Source of the DNA: Arsukibacterium tuosuense
GTDB taxonomy: Bacteria; Pseudomonadota; Gammaproteobacteria; Steroidobacterales; GCA-2729495
Direction: 5' to 3'
Assembly: GCA_945872065.1 (NCBI GenBank)
Contig: CAMBYH010000005.1
Span: 10,775-74,774, forward strand
Length of the DNA: 64,000 nt
Positions within the stretch are counted from its first letter, which is position 1; each line of letters begins with the position of its first letter. Shown here in pieces: positions 10,252 to 17,670 of this stretch. Position numbers and translations under genes: made by a program. The notes under the pieces were generated by a model. The model worked only from the letters and a program-made list of their open reading frames with translations, was not told where the DNA came from and searched no databases.

Positions 10252-11184
10252 CTACCGGTCGCTCGTCAGGATATGCATCTGCCGCGCCCGGTAATCGATG
10301 ATGATCTCGTCGAGTACGCCCAGCACATCCATCCCCAGCATGATGGTTGGCCGACTGGTCATGCGCCAGTGCCGGAAGATGGAAACATCGCTGAAAGTCA
10401 GCATGGCACCGCGAATCTTGACGTTCCGTAACTGCATCGTGGGCACTACCATCCGGTCGCCGTACTCGACGTCGAGGGTGATACCAACGATCGCTGTACT
10501 CGGGTCGTCTTTCGCCTGCCGCCTCAGGGCCGTAAGAAGGGCAGCGTTACCCAGCGAATCCGGGGCGCCCGTATCGAGGATGGCGGTGGCGCGGACACTG
10601 CCAACCAGCACCTCGATGGCCAGCAAGTGACCGCGAAGGAGCGTCATGGGCTGGGTTTCGAAGCCAGCGCCCGGCCGCTCGCGCCTTGAGCGGCGGATGC
10701 TGATTGAATCGCGCTTGAAGTCGATGGCAATCCGCTTGTCCCGGAGGCCCTCGTTGCCCAGGACGCCCTCGGCACCGCCAAAGACATCCGGCATGACCGG
10801 GAGCAGGACACTGCCAAGAACCAGGTCACCGATTTCCATGCCGCTCACCCGGATAACGGGCGCCAGTGCAGTCCCTGTCACTCCGCGGACCTCCACCGTG
10901 GAGTTCGTGCGCACTTGCGGGCCAAGCGCTTCGGCCACCGCTGGCGTCACCACCGAGCGGTTGGCCCCCGTATCCAGGACGAACCGGAAAGGGCCCTGGC
11001 CATTCAGGTAGACAGGCGCCCAGATGCGCCCGATCCGGTCCCTTCGGGTCGGGGCCACGTATCGCGGCTCTGGAGCGGTAACGAGAACCTCGCTCAGAGG
11101 TGCAGAGTCCTCGCCAAAGGCGAGCCCCAGGGAGAACATATTGCCCAGCGCCAGGACTCCCAGCTGCAACACTCTATGGCTCAC
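10252..11184 (-). CDS. secreted protein with two retropepsin-like aspartic protease domains
   Basis: Signal-like N-terminus. Two D-T-G-A catalytic motifs (FRFVLDTGANRSVV and ATAILDTGAPDSLG), each in a ~110-aa unit. The first codon of the track ORF is GTG. Confidence 0.7.
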   Translation of the reverse strand: MSHRVLQLGVLALGNMFSLGLAFGEDSAPLSEVLVTAPEPRYVAPTRRDRIGRIWAPVYLNGQGPFRFVLDTGANRSVVTPAVAEALGPQVRTNSTVEVRGVTGTALAPVIRVSGMEIGDLVLGSVLLPVMPDVFGGAEGVLGNEGLRDKRIAIDFKRDSISIRRSRRERPGAGFETQPMTLLRGHLLAIEVLVGSVRATAILDTGAPDSLGNAALLTALRRQAKDDPSTAIVGITLDVEYGDRMVVPTMQLRNVKIRGAMLTFSDVSIFRHWRMTSRPTIMLGMDVLGVLDEIIIDYRARQMHILTSDR

Positions 11185-11260
11185 TGCCCAATGCCCGTTT
11201 CGGCCCCAGTCGTGCTGCTATTCTCTGCTTCTGTTTCGTTACCCGCACAAGGAGTTCGCC

Positions 11261-11545
11261 ATGTCTGAATCAGGTCTGGGCACGTTGCTTGGCATGGGCC
11301 TGGCAGCCGTGGTGCTGTGGTTCGCAGTGGGCGGCCTGATCACTGGCGCCCTGGCCCGCTGGTTGCTGCCCGGGCCAGACCCGATGAGCTGGCTGACCAC
11401 CATCGCCTATGGGATTGGCGGCTCGCTGCTTGGCGGCTTCGCCGGGCGGCTGCTGGGCGTGCCGGAAGGACTCAGCTTCCTCATGGCTGTGGCGGGCGCC
11501 GCGGCGCTGATCTGGTTCTTCCGCCGGCGCAACGCCGGCCCCTGA
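11261..11545 (+). CDS. GlsB/YeaQ/YmgE-family (transglycosylase-associated) stress membrane protein
   Basis: 94 aa, glycine-rich TM helices (GGLITGALARWLLPG...GIGGSLLGGFAG). AAGGAG RBS 7 nt upstream of ATG 11261. Confidence 0.85.
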   Translation: MSESGLGTLLGMGLAAVVLWFAVGGLITGALARWLLPGPDPMSWLTTIAYGIGGSLLGGFAGRLLGVPEGLSFLMAVAGAAALIWFFRRRNAGP

Positions 11546-11548
11546 GGC

Positions 11549-12061
11549 CTAAGTCCGGACCGCTGGCCCCTGGCACTGCGCCAGCTGCTCCGGCGTCAGC
11601 TCGGCAGCAATACTGTCCCGGGTCGTTGCGGCCTTCTCATGGCCTGCTGTGGCGGCAAGGTCGTACCAGCGATAGGCCTGAACGTAGTCCTGGGTAACTC
11701 CCTGACCGAGCGCGTAGGCAATGCCAAGGTTGAACTGGGCATCGGCGTCACCCTGCCCAGCCGCCGCGCGATACCACTGCAGGGCAGCCGGGAAGTCGGG
11801 AGGAACGCCGTCATCGCTGGAGTACAGCACGCCCAGATTGAACTGGGCCGGGGCAAAGCCCTGCTCCGCGGCCCGGGTGTACCACGCCAGAGCTGCCGGG
11901 TAGTCCTGAGACACCCCCCGCCCGTTGGCATAGAGGTAGCCCAGATTGTACTGGGCGCGAGCGTCGCCCTTCTCTGCCAGCCCTCGCCAGAGCTCCGCGG
12001 CAGTCGGGAAATCACCGCGACGGGCCGCAGCCAGGCCCTCCTTGAACGGATCCGGCTTCAT
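11549..12061 (-). CDS. Sel1-like (SLR/TPR) repeat protein
   Basis: Four consecutive Sel1 repeats (A.AQ.NLG..Y..G.GV..D...A..WY..AA). No obvious signal peptide. The ATG overlaps the nfu stop (ATGA). Confidence 0.85.
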   Translation of the reverse strand: MKPDPFKEGLAAARRGDFPTAAELWRGLAEKGDARAQYNLGYLYANGRGVSQDYPAALAWYTRAAEQGFAPAQFNLGVLYSSDDGVPPDFPAALQWYRAAAGQGDADAQFNLGIAYALGQGVTQDYVQAYRWYDLAATAGHEKAATTRDSIAAELTPEQLAQCQGPAVRT

Positions 12062-12699
12062 GCCAGCGCTGACGTGCCGGAATTCCGGTAGTAAGGCGTT
12101 TCGCCAGTGGCATGGTCCGTGACATCGATGATCTCCGTGACCTCTGGCGCCACCCCGCGGACCCTTTGTTCAAATCCCTGGCGCAGGGTTGCCTGGGACC
12201 CGGCACAGCCCTGGCAGCCGCCACTCATACGGATGTAGAGGCGGTAGTCCCTGACCGCCACCAGGGCGATGGACCCGCTGTGGGCAGCCAGGGCGGGATT
12301 TACTTCCCGGTCGAGGAGCAGCTGGACCACGCTGCTGATCTCGGCGGCACTCCGACCCTGGACGCCGGAACCAGTCAGGGGGCGGACGACGAGAGGAACC
12401 CCACTCCGCAACTCGCTTCTGAGGACGGCAGCAATCAGCGGCTTAAGCTCTGGCCAGGCAGCCTCCCGGGTCTTGCCGACCGCCATGACCCGGTCGGCCA
12501 CCAGTACATGGATCACGCCCGGCAGCTCGAACAGGCGGGCGATGAGAGGGGCTCCGGCCGCCTGCTCCGCGCTGGCAAAGAAGTACTCGCCGTTCTGACT
12601 CAGACTCTGGCTGAGAGTGAATTTGCAGGTGTCCGGATCAGCCAGGGAGATCTCTGCCCGAATCGCGACCGGTGCATTGACCTGCACCCCATCAGACAT
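12058..12699 (-). CDS. NifU/Nfu-type Fe-S cluster carrier
   Basis: C-terminal Nfu domain with the CxxC motif MSGGCQGCAGSQATL. Start ATG at 12699 overlaps the Mrp stop by 8 nt. The longer track ORF (to 12876) lies inside the Mrp gene. Confidence 0.85.
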   Translation of the reverse strand: MSDGVQVNAPVAIRAEISLADPDTCKFTLSQSLSQNGEYFFASAEQAAGAPLIARLFELPGVIHVLVADRVMAVGKTREAAWPELKPLIAAVLRSELRSGVPLVVRPLTGSGVQGRSAAEISSVVQLLLDREVNPALAAHSGSIALVAVRDYRLYIRMSGGCQGCAGSQATLRQGFEQRVRGVAPEVTEIIDVTDHATGETPYYRNSGTSALA

Positions 12700-13927
12700 C
12701 CTCGGCCACCAGGGCGCCACTACGCTCGCCAAGGGAACGAAGGTGATCGAAGGAATACAGCCCGGAATTGTGCCCGTCGTTCCAGTCGATGCCGATCGCG
12801 TAGTTGCCCACACTGGCAAGCACGCGAGGAGTGACATCGGCCCTGACGGTGCTGGGGTCCAGCAGCTTTCTCCCACTCATTTCCTCTATGCACAGTGCGC
12901 AGCGACAGGCGAGCCGCAGGTCCCGGACATCGAAGTGGTCCTGGCGCCCGTCCTCCCACAACACGGCCAGCGTACGCAGGTCGTGCCGCCTGAGGCCTAT
13001 GGGCCGCACAGGACTTCCCGCGGGCCGGGCGGCACTTGCCACCCAGCCGGGCGCTCCCTCGTTGGCATCCCACCGCCAGGCAAAGGGCTTGAGCACGCCA
13101 CTGCTCGCCTTGTCGAGATACGCTTCCAGCTGCGCCGCCAGTGCCCCGTAGGCCCGCGCGGCAACGGACTCGGGTCTGGCAATGACAATGGGGCAACCCT
13201 CATCGCCCCCGGTCACGATCTCGGCGTCGAGGGGGATGGCGCCCAGGAACGGCACCTGCAACTGCTGGCTCATGCGCTCGCCGCCGCCACGGCGAAAGAC
13301 ATCCGTGGTCTCGCCACAGTGTGCACAGGTGAACCCGCTCATGTTTTCAATCACGCCCAGGATGGGCACATGGACCCGCTCAAACATGCGGAGCCCCCGG
13401 CGGGCGATCTTCAGGCTGACGTCCTGGGGTGTTGTCACGATGACAGCCCCGGACAGGGGTACGCTCTGGGCGAGCGTGAGCTGGATGTCACCAGTCCCCG
13501 GGGGCAGATCCAGGAGCAGGAAGTCGAGCACGCCCCACTGGGTGGCCCCGATAAACATCTTGAGATATTTGCTGACCATCGGGCCCCGCAGCACCGCCGG
13601 ACTGTCGTCATCGGTGAGCATGGCCATCGACATCGTGCCAATGCCATAGCGCTCCACGGGCAGCGCCTGGCCCTCGGGTGTCATCGCTGGTGGCTGGCCA
13701 CTGGGGATACCGAGCATCCCCGGGATGCTGGGACCCAGGATATCCGCGTCTACCAACCCGACTCGCGCCCCCCGCTGGCGCAGCGCGAGGGCCAGGTTGA
13801 CGCTGACCGTCGATTTGCCGACACCACCCTTGCCACTCGCCACCGCAATGACGTGGCGGATGCCCGGTAGCTTTTCCCCGGTTGATCCGGTCTCTGCACT
13901 GGTGGAACCGGTAGTTGTGTTTGCCAT
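12692..13927 (-). CDS. apbC: Mrp/ApbC-type Fe-S cluster carrier ATPase fused to a C-terminal DUF971 domain
   Basis: Deviant Walker A VASGKGGVGKST, CxxC site FTCAHCG, and a C-terminal ~90 aa with LACRCALCIEE and GNYAIGIDWNDGHNSGLYSF (DUF971-like). Start ATG at 13927. Confidence 0.9.
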   Translation of the reverse strand: MANTTTGSTSAETGSTGEKLPGIRHVIAVASGKGGVGKSTVSVNLALALRQRGARVGLVDADILGPSIPGMLGIPSGQPPAMTPEGQALPVERYGIGTMSMAMLTDDDSPAVLRGPMVSKYLKMFIGATQWGVLDFLLLDLPPGTGDIQLTLAQSVPLSGAVIVTTPQDVSLKIARRGLRMFERVHVPILGVIENMSGFTCAHCGETTDVFRRGGGERMSQQLQVPFLGAIPLDAEIVTGGDEGCPIVIARPESVAARAYGALAAQLEAYLDKASSGVLKPFAWRWDANEGAPGWVASAARPAGSPVRPIGLRRHDLRTLAVLWEDGRQDHFDVRDLRLACRCALCIEEMSGRKLLDPSTVRADVTPRVLASVGNYAIGIDWNDGHNSGLYSFDHLRSLGERSGALVAEDV

Positions 13928-14112
13928 GAAAACTCTGCCTGCAGCAATTGGGACCGCTTCGGTACGATATTCGGCCGTTGAAGGGATCACTGTCAAACCC
14001 CTCGGCAAATGGGGCTGACGGTAGCCCATTTCAATTATAGTGACAGTTCACTTCCGGCAGACCTGGCGCCCGAACGCGGCTACCGCTTGGCTGCAACTTT
14101 ACGAGGAATGAC

Positions 14113-14415
14113 ATGCGTACTATCCCTGAGTCCGTGCTTCTCAGTCTCGCACTTGGCGCACTCCTGCCCGCCCTGGCGGCCGCCGATGACAGCAATATGA
14201 TGCCCGCCACAGGAACCGACAGCTTTCGGTGTGGCAGTCACCTGGTCGAGAACGGCATGACCCTGGCCAAAGTTCAGGAGTACTGCGGTGTTCCCACCCA
14301 GCAGACGTCCGATCGATGGTTTTACGATCGGGGACCGGACAAGTTCCGGATCATTATTCACGTCCAGCCGGACAACACCGTGGGCATGATCGAGGAACAG
14401 CAGCCGCAGCAGTAG
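14113..14415 (+). CDS. small secreted DUF2845-like protein
   Basis: 100 aa. Signal peptide ending ALAAAD, two Cys (FRCGSH...EYCGVP), and W.YDRG...F motif. GAGGA RBS upstream. Lies 10 nt before the next gene. Confidence 0.7.
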   Translation: MRTIPESVLLSLALGALLPALAAADDSNMMPATGTDSFRCGSHLVENGMTLAKVQEYCGVPTQQTSDRWFYDRGPDKFRIIIHVQPDNTVGMIEEQQPQQ

Positions 14416-14425
14416 GCTCCGTTTC

Positions 14426-15823
14426 GTGGTCCTGAGCAGCCTGACCCAGTTCCACGAAAATCCCGTGGTGATCGCCTGGTGGCGGGCCCGCCTGGGCAGG
14501 GCGCTCACAGGCTTTACCCCAGCACGGCGCCGGGGACTCCTCGCCGCAGGTGCTGTGGTTTTCGCTTTTACCCAGACGCTGCGCCTGCTGAAAAAGGCCA
14601 ACGAGTTGCCGGTGCCCACAGATCTGCTGGGCAAGGCCAGCGTGATCCTGGCGGGCTTCGGCATTCTGTGGCTGCTGTACCGGGCCGCCCTCGCCTATCC
14701 CGCCCTTCCTGCTGGCATTCGCCGACGACCCCAACTCACCCTGCACCTGGCCTACTGGACCGTCCTGGTGGTGCTCTGGAACACCGCCCCGACCGGCAGC
14801 TACTGGCGGGGGGTCCTGCTCGGGTTAGCGGTCGTGTTTCCCTTTCTGATCTGGCGGTGCGGCTACCTGCTGCTCGCGGGTCAGCAAGGCCGTATGGGTG
14901 GCAGCCGCTTCACCGACCACCTCCTCTACCTGTGGCCAGTGTACGGCGGCTCCCAGACCCCCTACGGCAATGGCCATGGCTACCTGTCCCGCTACGAGGC
15001 GAAAACCGACGAGCAACTGGCCAGATCCCAGCTGGCCGGAATCAAGCTGATCCTGCTGTCCTTCGTCTGGGGCGCACTGGCCGACCTGATGGCAGCGGTG
15101 TACGGACCAGGCACTGACCTGAGCGGGACCCTCGCCGGAACCCTGGCCGGAAGCCTTGGTGAGCAGCCGATCACCGTTCCCAGACTGCAGGAGATGGTGA
15201 CCGGTCAGACCACGGCGCCCCTGTGGGCTGCCTGGGCGAGCATCTACTGCGAGCTTTTCTGGCAGGTGCTGCGCCATGCCGCCCGGGGCCACGAGATCAT
15301 TGGCATTCTGCGGGTGTTCGGCTTCAACGTGTTTCGTAACACCTACAAGCCGCTTCTGGCCCAGTCCATCGTCATGTTCTGGAATCGTTACTACTACTAC
15401 TTCAAGGAACTCCTGGCGACCTTCTTTTTCCTGCCCACGTTCACCAGCCTGGGCGCTGGACTCCGGAAATGGCCCGCCCTACGGTTGTTCCTGGCGGTAT
15501 TCGCCGCGGCCTTTGTGGGCAACATGTACTACCACCTGCTCCAGAGAACACCCCTGCTGGTCGGCGGCGAGGTCTTCGAGGCACTCTATGACCTGCGCTC
15601 CCGGTTCTTCTACTGTTTCCTGCTGGCAGCAGGGATCTTTCTCTCGATGCGCCGGGAGCAGCGTCGTTCCCGTCAGGCCCTCGTCCCAGGGCCAATACAG
15701 GTGGTCCTGAACATACTCGGCGTGTGGACCTTCTTTGGCCTGATCAACATCTGGAACGTGCGCAGTGACGCGCCATTTTTCGTCCGGGTAGAATTCTTCC
15801 TGGGTCTTTTCGGGCTTGCATAG
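14426..15823 (+). CDS. polytopic membrane protein, divergent MBOAT-like (DltB/AlgI-like) acyltransferase
   Basis: ~10 predicted TM helices. The block GHEIIGILRVFGFNVFRNTYKPLLAQSIVMFWNRYYYYFKELLATFFFLP is collinear with the MBOAT signature (..AIG...FGF....NF..PY.A.SI..FWRRWH.SLS.WLRDY.YIP). The first codon is GTG, so the start is uncertain. Confidence 0.62.
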   Translation: MVLSSLTQFHENPVVIAWWRARLGRALTGFTPARRRGLLAAGAVVFAFTQTLRLLKKANELPVPTDLLGKASVILAGFGILWLLYRAALAYPALPAGIRRRPQLTLHLAYWTVLVVLWNTAPTGSYWRGVLLGLAVVFPFLIWRCGYLLLAGQQGRMGGSRFTDHLLYLWPVYGGSQTPYGNGHGYLSRYEAKTDEQLARSQLAGIKLILLSFVWGALADLMAAVYGPGTDLSGTLAGTLAGSLGEQPITVPRLQEMVTGQTTAPLWAAWASIYCELFWQVLRHAARGHEIIGILRVFGFNVFRNTYKPLLAQSIVMFWNRYYYYFKELLATFFFLPTFTSLGAGLRKWPALRLFLAVFAAAFVGNMYYHLLQRTPLLVGGEVFEALYDLRSRFFYCFLLAAGIFLSMRREQRRSRQALVPGPIQVVLNILGVWTFFGLINIWNVRSDAPFFVRVEFFLGLFGLA

Positions 15824-15846
15824 ACGGTTTCCGGGAAATCAGAGCC

Positions 15847-17379
15847 ATGTTTCTTGATCTCAAGGTTGGTGCGCTGGCAGAGCCCATCAGTGGTCGGCGC
15901 TGGGCGGAGGCGGATGTGGTCCAGGAAGTCGCCCGGCGGACGGCCCGCTTTCAGTGTCAGGGGCTGGCGGCCGGTGATCGGGTGTTTCTGCTGTTCGGGA
16001 ACCGCCTGGAGTTCTTCGCCGAGTTGCTCGCCATCTGGCGGCTGGGCGCCTGCGCCGTTCCCGTCGACGCACGGCTTACGGCCTTCGAAGTCAGTACGCT
16101 CATCGCTGCCGCGAGCCCGCGTCTTGCCGTCGTGGACGAGGCGACAGACGCCGCAGTCATCGCAGTGCTCAGCGCCGCTGGCGTCGCAGCCGTGGACACG
16201 AGGGAGACGGGCAGCCAGGAGGCCACTGTCGGGCTGAGCAGGCTGGACGATGACGCACTGATCCTGTTCACCTCGGGCTCCACCGGCGCCCCGAAGGGCG
16301 TCATCCACACCCATCGCTCCCTGCGCGCCAGATGGCTGTCGCTGCGGGATCACCTCGGCGTGGCCGCCTTTGCCCGCAGCCTCTGCCTGCTGCCCACCCA
16401 CTTTGGGCACGGGCTGATCTGCAACAGCCTTTTCCCCTGGCTGGCAGGCCAGGACCTCTACATCACGCCACCCTTTCGGGCCGACATCCTCATGCGTCTG
16501 GGGGCGCTGGTGGATGAACACGGCATAACCTTCATGTCCTCGGTGCCGTCCCTGTGGCGACTGGCCCTGAAGATGTCCCGGCCTCCCCAGGGCCGCACCC
16601 TTCAGCGCATCCACTGCGGTTCGGCGCCCCTGTCGGCTGCGGTCTGGGAAGACATTCGCGCCTGGACCGGCACCCGCCAGGTGTGTAACGCCTATGGCAT
16701 CACGGAAACGGGGAGCTGGGTCGCGGGACTCAGCAATGCGGATACCCCAGCGGAGGACGGGCTGATCGGCGGTGGCTGGGGAGCTTTGATCCGGATCCTC
16801 AGCACGTCCGACACCTCAGTCCCTCTGGATGGCAGCCTTGAATGCGCCGTCGGGGACGCTGGCTTCGTCTGGCTGAACACGCCAGCACTGATGAAGGGCT
16901 ACTTTCAGCGCGACGACCTGACCCGGCAGGCCGTGGTGGACGGCTGGTTCCTGACGGGGGACATCGGCTTCCTTGATGACCGGGGTCGCCTGGTCCTCCG
17001 CGGCCGGGAGCGGGACGAGATCAACCGGGGCGGTATGAAGATCTATCCCGGCGATGTGGATGCAGTCGTCGAACGGTTTCCGGGCGTGACCGACGTGTGC
17101 ACGTTTGCCCTTGACGACGAGATGTATGGCCAGGCCGTCGGTATCGCCGTTGTGCTGAATGCCCGGGATGATGCAACCATTCGTGCCCTGTATCGCTGGA
17201 TGACAGAGCACCTGGCGGCCCACAAGATGCCGGGCCGCTGGTGGCTCGTGGACGAGATCCCCCGGACGTCCCGGGACAAGATCAATCGTGATGAGGTCAA
17301 GTCGGCCTGCGTAAACGAGCCCGGACTGGAGCTGATTCGCATCCTCGGCGCCAGCGGGAACACGGCAGGAAACCCATGA
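15847..17379 (+). CDS. adenylate-forming enzyme (ANL superfamily; DltA/acyl-CoA-ligase-like)
   Basis: Core motifs LILFTSGSTGAPKGV, YGITETG, GWFLTGDIGFLDDRGRLVLRGRERDEINRGGMKIYP and PRTSRDKINR. Confidence 0.9.
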   Translation: MFLDLKVGALAEPISGRRWAEADVVQEVARRTARFQCQGLAAGDRVFLLFGNRLEFFAELLAIWRLGACAVPVDARLTAFEVSTLIAAASPRLAVVDEATDAAVIAVLSAAGVAAVDTRETGSQEATVGLSRLDDDALILFTSGSTGAPKGVIHTHRSLRARWLSLRDHLGVAAFARSLCLLPTHFGHGLICNSLFPWLAGQDLYITPPFRADILMRLGALVDEHGITFMSSVPSLWRLALKMSRPPQGRTLQRIHCGSAPLSAAVWEDIRAWTGTRQVCNAYGITETGSWVAGLSNADTPAEDGLIGGGWGALIRILSTSDTSVPLDGSLECAVGDAGFVWLNTPALMKGYFQRDDLTRQAVVDGWFLTGDIGFLDDRGRLVLRGRERDEINRGGMKIYPGDVDAVVERFPGVTDVCTFALDDEMYGQAVGIAVVLNARDDATIRALYRWMTEHLAAHKMPGRWWLVDEIPRTSRDKINRDEVKSACVNEPGLELIRILGASGNTAGNP

Positions 17380-17654
17380 CCGCGACCCGGGAGCAGCGCC
17401 TGGAGCACCTGCAGAACTTCCTGCGCAGCATTCAGAAGCCCGGCACGCCCCTCGGCAGCGTCGGCATCGACGACAGCCTGGTGGACTCAGGCCTCATCGA
17501 CTCCCTCGCCATCGTCGAGATCGTGGCTTATCTCGAGGAGACCTATGGGCTGGACTTTGCGGCCCGGGGTATAGATCCGGAAACCCTGGCGTCGATGGGC
17601 AACATTCTTGCCCTGATAGCCGCCGCCGGCGCAACCTCCGCAACGCCGTCCTAG
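17376..17654 (+). CDS. acyl/peptidyl carrier protein (phosphopantetheine attachment)
   Basis: 92 aa with a four-helix carrier pattern and GLIDSLAIVEIV (DSL serine). The ATG overlaps the ligase stop (ATGA). Confidence 0.85.
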   Translation: MTATREQRLEHLQNFLRSIQKPGTPLGSVGIDDSLVDSGLIDSLAIVEIVAYLEETYGLDFAARGIDPETLASMGNILALIAAAGATSATPS

Positions 17655-17670
17655 CGAGGGGTTCCGACCC

